Positions 27,112 to 32,000 of a DNA stretch of 32,000 nt are shown in pieces. The notes below the pieces were generated by a model. That model was not told the origin of the DNA, ran no database searches, and saw nothing but the letters and a program-made list of their open reading frames with translations. Source of the stretch: Desulfovibrio inopinatus DSM 10711 (GTDB lineage: Bacteria; Desulfobacterota; Desulfovibrionia; Desulfovibrionales; Desulfovibrionaceae). The stretch is taken from positions 1 to 32,000 of the forward strand of contig NZ_AUBP01000029.1 of the NCBI RefSeq assembly GCF_000429305.1, in the 5' to 3' direction. The position numbers and the translations under genes were made by a program. Position 1 is the stretch's first letter; every line of letters starts with the position of its first letter.

Positions 27112-28580
27112 GAACGCACGCCCTCCAGAATCGTTTCAAATCCATATATTACACCACAAGCGACGCAGGAGGAGACGATAGCTCCGAGCACTCCGGGTGC
27201 AATAGTGGCCTGCCCGGCCAAGAAAAGCCCAGGAACTTTGGTCATGGGAAGTACGTCGGATTGATCCACAGTGTGCATAGGGCCATAGAGTCCTCCACCG
27301 GGAGAAGAAAGGTAGTCTTTAAATGTCAAAGGGGTCGCACTCTCAAGGATGTCCAAGTTGCCTCGCAGGCTCGGAAAAAGACGATACACACGATGAAGAA
27401 TGCGCTCTGTGCATCTTTGTTTGAATTCTGTGTATTCGCCAGGTCGGCTTGTACGAGAGGAGTCTTGCCAATCCGAGACTTCGTCAAAAAAACCGCTTGT
27501 GAAAATAGTCAAACCTTGTTGCCCATTATAATTGGTAGAATAAAACCATAACGGTCTTTCTTCTTGGGGAGTCGTAGGCGAATATCCGATTTCTACATCA
27601 GGACTCGACAAGACACAGGTAGCTCGCCCCCAAAATTCCGGAACCGGACGACGGCATCGAGCAAAAATGGCATAGGCCGATGGGGTTGATTGCAGACTGT
27701 GCAGTCGTTTTCTATAGACTGGCCGAAGAGCTTTTTGTGGCAAGAGTTCCGGCAAAATGCCCGGATGCGTGCAACACACGCACATATCGGCCTCAAGCTG
27801 GCGCCCATTGTCTAGTTGGACGGCTGCAACAGCTCCCGATGCACTCAATTCGATCGTTTGGACTGCAGCACCGACGATACATTCGACACCTCGATCAACA
27901 AGGGCCTGAACAAACGAGCGGGTTAAGGCTTCGCCTCCGCCTTCGACCATGCCAGCACTACGATAATACGTTCCAACAACCTTGGCGTGAATATCAAAGG
28001 GTGCACGCGAAGGTGGCGTGCCATAAAGCATAGAACCTACCCCGAACAGAGCACGCGCTTCGGGAGACTCCATCCTCTCGTTAAGAACATTTTCGACGCT
28101 GAGATTCTCGAACAAATGAAAGGAACTTGACGGAGCATACTTGGTGTCGAAATTGAGAAATGGCGAGGTGGAGCAACGGGCTTGAACTTGATCAAGATAA
28201 TCGGAAATACCGCTCGAATCGTCTGGAAAAAGAGAAGAAGCCATGTCAGCTACGCGTTCACACCCTACAGGGACGTCGATGACACTCTCACTTGATTCCA
28301 GAATAAGCCGCTCAAAACCCTCTTTTTGGAACGGGATAAATGTGAGTGGTGCCAAACCGAGATAACGAAAGTAGCTTGGCATGATGTCATGTTCATCAAT
28401 AGCCCCCAAGTAATGGACGCCAATATCGAAGGCGACTCCTCCCCGGTGAAAACCGCGTAAATTCGGTCCAAGCTGAGGAGCTTTCTCAACCAAGGTCACC
28501 GTGTCGCCCTGGCCGGCACAAATCAGAGCTGTAGCCATTCCTGCCACGCCTGCACCAATGACGACTACTTTACGAGTCAT
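27102..28580 (-). CDS. NAD(P)/FAD-dependent oxidoreductase, phytoene desaturase/carotenoid isomerase-like
   Basis: 'MTRKVVVIGAGVAGMATALICAGQGDTVTLVEKAPQLGPNLRGFHRGGVAFDIGVHYLG'; C-terminal 'GPMHTVDQSDVLPMTKVPGLFLAGQATIAPGVLGAIVSS' in lipid/carotenoid FAD-oxidoreductase style. ATG at 28580. Confidence 0.85.
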   Translation of the reverse strand: MTRKVVVIGAGVAGMATALICAGQGDTVTLVEKAPQLGPNLRGFHRGGVAFDIGVHYLGAIDEHDIMPSYFRYLGLAPLTFIPFQKEGFERLILESSESVIDVPVGCERVADMASSLFPDDSSGISDYLDQVQARCSTSPFLNFDTKYAPSSSFHLFENLSVENVLNERMESPEARALFGVGSMLYGTPPSRAPFDIHAKVVGTYYRSAGMVEGGGEALTRSFVQALVDRGVECIVGAAVQTIELSASGAVAAVQLDNGRQLEADMCVCCTHPGILPELLPQKALRPVYRKRLHSLQSTPSAYAIFARCRRPVPEFWGRATCVLSSPDVEIGYSPTTPQEERPLWFYSTNYNGQQGLTIFTSGFFDEVSDWQDSSRTSRPGEYTEFKQRCTERILHRVYRLFPSLRGNLDILESATPLTFKDYLSSPGGGLYGPMHTVDQSDVLPMTKVPGLFLAGQATIAPGVLGAIVSSCVACGVIYGFETILEGVRSCR

Positions 28581-29796
28581 GGTCAAATCTCAAGACAAGA
28601 GAACTGTTAACGCCGCCGAATCCCATAGCATTGAGTAAGGCGCGTTTGGGAGGCTGCGAAACAGTTTGACTGACGAGGCGCAAAGATTGGGCTTTAGGGT
28701 CAGGATGTTCCAAATTGATATTGGGAGCAATGAAGCCGTATTGGGCCATGATGGTTGTATAGACAGCCTGTGAAGAGCCCGCCATCCACAGTTCGTGTCC
28801 TGTCATGGATTTGATGGAAGAGACGTAAGGATGGCAGTCTTCAAACAGGCGAGAAATCGTTTCCGCTTCCACGGCATCCCCGACTCGAGTTGACGTGGCA
28901 TGAGCACACACATAATCGATATCTGCGGGACTGAGTTGAGCAGATTTCAGAGCATTCCGTGAGGCCCGTTCCAGTCCCAAACCACTGGGGATAGAGAGAT
29001 GCGTGCCATCGGTGGAAAAACCATACCCGGCAACTTCTCCTAAAATGGTTGCTCCGCGTTTTTGGGCAAGATCGTACCGTTCGAGGAGTAAGACAGCAGC
29101 CCCTCCACTGGGAACTAACCCATCGCGATCGATGTCGAAAGGACGACTGGCCGACTGTGGTGAGTCTGCTCGGCAAGAAAATGCCGAGATGCCGTCAAAC
29201 CCGACCATAGACTGCCAGTTAATTTCCTGAGCTCCGCCACAGAGGACACGGTCTTGCCGTCCAAGAGCAATGAGATCCGCAGCCTGACCAATAGCATGGC
29301 CTCCTCCTGCGCACGCCGAAGCGATGGTCCAACACGCTCCTTGTATGCCAAAGATGACACTGAGATTCAGAGTCACATTCGAAGTCATGGATTGAAAGAC
29401 TTGTCCACTTCCTACAAGAGAAGTCGCTCCACGTTCTTCGAGCAATGCGAGCGCGTTGACAGGAGCAAGATTACTTGAGTCGCAACTGAAGATGAGTCCG
29501 GTTCTATCATTGCGTAAATCTTCTCGTTCCAGACCGGAGAGAGTAATAGCCTGTTCAGCCGCTGAATATGCCCACACACCGAACTCGGTCATGGTCTTTT
29601 TCTGTTTACGACTTAAATCATCCGGGACATTGAAATCATGGATCATGCCCGTCAAAGCGGAACGAAAGTGGTGGCGCTCGCGTTCTTCATCAATCACAAC
29701 GCCGGATTGCCCCGATGACAAGGCCCGAGCCACGTTTTCGGCTGAACATCCAAGGCACGAAACAATGCCGATTCCCGTGATTGCTATACGATACAT
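28570..29796 (-). CDS. Beta-ketoacyl-ACP synthase (FabB-like)
   Basis: 408 aa; 'GACWTIASACAGGGHAIG', 'CAHATSTRVGDA', 'SIKSMTGHELWMAGSSQ'. Confidence 0.9.
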   Translation of the reverse strand: MYRIAITGIGIVSCLGCSAENVARALSSGQSGVVIDEERERHHFRSALTGMIHDFNVPDDLSRKQKKTMTEFGVWAYSAAEQAITLSGLEREDLRNDRTGLIFSCDSSNLAPVNALALLEERGATSLVGSGQVFQSMTSNVTLNLSVIFGIQGACWTIASACAGGGHAIGQAADLIALGRQDRVLCGGAQEINWQSMVGFDGISAFSCRADSPQSASRPFDIDRDGLVPSGGAAVLLLERYDLAQKRGATILGEVAGYGFSTDGTHLSIPSGLGLERASRNALKSAQLSPADIDYVCAHATSTRVGDAVEAETISRLFEDCHPYVSSIKSMTGHELWMAGSSQAVYTTIMAQYGFIAPNINLEHPDPKAQSLRLVSQTVSQPPKRALLNAMGFGGVNSSLVLRFDHDS

Positions 29797-29805
29797 AATA
29801 AAAGA

Positions 29806-30558
29806 CTATGTGTATAAGCCACCATTAACGGCCAAAACCTGGCCAGTAATATACGAAGCTTTTTCGGAGACAAGAAAAGAAACAGCATGGGCAACATCTT
29901 CGGGAGAACCTATACGCCGCATGGGGATCGTTTTCTGAATTTCATCGGAAGGCAGCTCTGAAAGCATTTCTGTATCAATAAACCCCGGCGCAACAGCATT
30001 AACTGTAATGTTACGTCGAGCAACCTCCACTGCAAGCGAACGGGTCGCTCCGATAATCCCAGCCTTTGCGGCGCTATAGTTGACTTGCCCTGCTACACCT
30101 GTTTGTCCTGAAATCGAAACGATGTTGACGATGCGTCCATATCGTTTTCGTATCATCCGAGGGAGAACAGCCCGTGTGACGTGATAAAACCCATTAAGAT
30201 GAACAGCTAAGACATCATTCCACTGTTCATCCGACATCATGGCAAGCAACCCATCCCGAGCAAATCCGGCGTTGTTGACAACGACAGATGGATCAAATTG
30301 TTTAACAATATCACTGAGACACTCTGTTGTTTCCTTTGCACTGGAAACATCAAACGGCACAAGATGGCATTGTTGACCGAGATCAATAATTTGCTCTCTT
30401 ACATTCTCTGCTGCATCATTTCTCGAATGATAGTTGAGCAAGATAGAGTACCCATCTTCCGCAAGCTGTAATGCGATTGACCGGCCTATACCTCTACTTG
30501 CACCGGTTATAAGAGCGAATCTCTCACTATGAAACGTATTAGGAGTATCTGGTCTCAC
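29806..30558 (-). CDS. 3-oxoacyl-ACP reductase, FabG-like SDR
   Basis: 'ALITGASRGIGRSIA', 'VVNNAGFARDG', 'IVSISGQTGVAGQVNYSAAKAG' (S-Y-K), 'PMRRIGSPEDVAHAVSFLVSEKASYITGQVLAVNGGLY'. GTG start at 30558 in the ORF track. Confidence 0.93.
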   Translation of the reverse strand: MRPDTPNTFHSERFALITGASRGIGRSIALQLAEDGYSILLNYHSRNDAAENVREQIIDLGQQCHLVPFDVSSAKETTECLSDIVKQFDPSVVVNNAGFARDGLLAMMSDEQWNDVLAVHLNGFYHVTRAVLPRMIRKRYGRIVNIVSISGQTGVAGQVNYSAAKAGIIGATRSLAVEVARRNITVNAVAPGFIDTEMLSELPSDEIQKTIPMRRIGSPEDVAHAVSFLVSEKASYITGQVLAVNGGLYT

Positions 30559-31274
30559 ATCTTATCCCTATAGTTCTACAATTGCTGTCTCAATCTACTT
30601 CTTATTTATTTTTTTATGGTATTCATTTAAAATACAATTATATATCCAGGACTTTGTTGTTTATTTTTTAAGAGGCAAATCATTTTATCATCATGACCAC
30701 TCGAAAAATCAGAGGATTATATTCCCGTCAACGCCTAATGCAAAAGAAACATACAACAAACAAAGAATATTTTTGTCGAAAAAAAGATATATACCCAGCG
30801 TTTGATAAATAACAATCGAATCATCGTCAAATATTTTTCTATCTATGATTCACACAATAGAAAAAGGATATATCGAGAAAATGAATACAGTTAGCATATA
30901 ATCGAAAAAAAGAAACTCAGGATTTTCCTGAATTTTGGAGGTACACAGGCTCGAAAGGTCGTCTTTAAAAAACTGACTGAGACGTTTGGAACATCGAACA
31001 AAGCCTAGCCGTTTTCATAAGAATTTTCTATTTTGTTCAGTGAAAGATGCCTAAAAAGCCCGCAGAACTCGGTCGGCTTTGGACGATCATTGCCCTCCCC
31101 AATTTCAAAGAAGACGGCTCTTATACATCCACACAAACTTCACGCGACGTGGGGATTACTCTACAATTGAGAGAGTCAATGAACCAAAACGGACAACAGA
31201 GGACGAACAAACTCCGTTTCCATGCTGATTTTATTGATTTTTTGGACTAGACTGGATTTGGCAGGACAAAAAAA

Positions 31275-31364
31275 TGGCGGAGGGAGAGGGATTCGAACCC
31301 CCGGACGAGTTACCCCGTCAGTGGTTTTCAAGACCACCGCCTTCAACCACTCGGCCATCCCTCC
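31275..31364 (-). tRNA. tRNA-Ser(UGA), CCA encoded
   Basis: Minus strand: GGAGGGATGGCCGAGTGGTTGAAGGCGGTGGTCTTGAAAACCACTGACGGGGTAACTCGTCCGGGGGTTCGAATCCCTCCCTCTCCGCCA. D arm, anticodon loop CTTGAAA, class II variable arm GACG/CGTC, TTCGAAT loop. Confidence 0.95.
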
Positions 31365-31486
31365 GCGGTAGGAGGCGGCGACTATACATAGCATCATTAC
31401 GATGAGCAAGTAGGAGATAGGGATAAAATATATTTTTATCTCAAACCACAAACCAGACTGCTCTGTCTATGATATCGTACACCACA

Positions 31487-32000
31487 TTACACTGCAATAA
31501 AACGGCTTCGTGCTTCAAAGCGGGCCACATGATCAGGAATAAACGTTCGCAAAATCTGTTTTGTTTTCTTACGTTTTTCCAAATCTTCCACTTTATCGAA
31601 AACGTACTGCGCCCAGCTATTGAGCAGCATGCGGAGGTGTTTTTCCGTAAAACAATACTCAAGGCCTGGTCGTTTTTGACTCAATTCAATATTAATGCTC
31701 TGAAGAAAGCTTTCTCGCCGCTCTTCATCTTGCAGCGCATTCAAAATATGCAGGCAATAGCTCATAAGATAACGTTCGAGATCAGGGCCGTTGAGATAGT
31801 TGCGACAATCATCACGGCTAATTTGCTCTTTGCCGCACAAGCGCTGAATGCTGGTGACAATTCCAGCATTGAGGCGCTGATATTTTTCTATTCCGATAAC
31901 ATATGTTCGAAGAACATTCAGAGTTGCGGCGCAAAATGTCCGGGGGAACACAAGTCGTTGCAAGTCAACATCCGAAACAATATCTTCAACGCTGTAATAC
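31487..32000 (-). CDS. Conserved-looking hypothetical protein, 5' end beyond the window
   Basis: Open minus-strand frame to the edge: YYSVEDIVSDVDLQRLVFPRTFCAATLNVLRTYVIGIEKYQRLNAGIVTSIQRLCGKEQ...; hydrophilic, helix-rich composition. Confidence 0.6.
   Translation of the reverse strand, partial: YYSVEDIVSDVDLQRLVFPRTFCAATLNVLRTYVIGIEKYQRLNAGIVTSIQRLCGKEQISRDDCRNYLNGPDLERYLMSYCLHILNALQDEERRESFLQSINIELSQKRPGLEYCFTEKHLRMLLNSWAQYVFDKVEDLEKRKKTKQILRTFIPDHVARFEARSRFIAV

Larger units (their letters stand above)
12602..30558 (-). other. Aryl-polyene-type (dissociated FAS/type II PKS-like) biosynthetic gene cluster
   Basis: Collinear, mostly overlapping genes: KR, KS, FAD oxidoreductase, KS, ACP, LPLAT, lipoprotein, DH, LolA-like, MMPL exporter, lipoprotein, DH, thioesterase, B12-rSAM, GT2-LPLAT, ACP, KS, CLF, AMP-ligase. 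Confidence 0.88.

Noticed and set aside
31047-31250. 67-aa ORF next to the tRNA, considered as an integrase or transposase relic
   Set aside because: The translation (MPKKPAELGRLWTIIALPNFKEDG...) has no integrase catalytic motif I can recognise; evidence insufficient.

Overview
The window looks like a Desulfovibrionaceae-type (deltaproteobacterial) chromosome segment; this assignment is an inference from protein flavour only. From left to right it contains the following. (1) Transposase relics: an IS5-family C-terminus and an IS1595-type transposase with an internal deletion (1-949). (2) A PocR/PAS sensor histidine kinase (1181-3949). (3) A SigZ-type ECF sigma factor next to an ArsM arsenite methyltransferase, followed by a strong terminator (4487-6175). 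(4) A low-coding mosaic (6180-8300) with an IS3-type OrfA relic, a 9-bp tandem repeat, and two diverged ~200-bp copies of a module. The right copy contains an intact gene for a secreted Gly-rich peptide. (5) A U32-family peptidase (8655-10295). (6) A membrane protein and a PagL-like lipid A deacylase on the + strand. (7) The highlight: an ~18-kb set of tightly overlapping minus-strand genes (12602-30558). It encodes an aryl-polyene-type, dissociated FAS/type II PKS-like pathway: AMP-ligase, three active ketosynthases, one catalytically dead chain-length-factor-like KS, two ACPs, a ketoreductase, two dehydratase-like hotdog proteins, a thioesterase, a GT2/LpxL-type acyltransferase fusion, a PlsC-type acyltransferase, a LolA-like carrier, an MMPL/RND exporter, and lipoproteins. 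Less expected members are a B12-binding radical SAM enzyme and a CrtI-like FAD oxidoreductase. No ammonia lyase, chorismate lyase or ordinary SAM methyltransferase is visible in the window. (8) A tRNA-Ser(UGA) and a partial conserved ORF at the right edge. No CRISPR array or recognisable defence system was seen.
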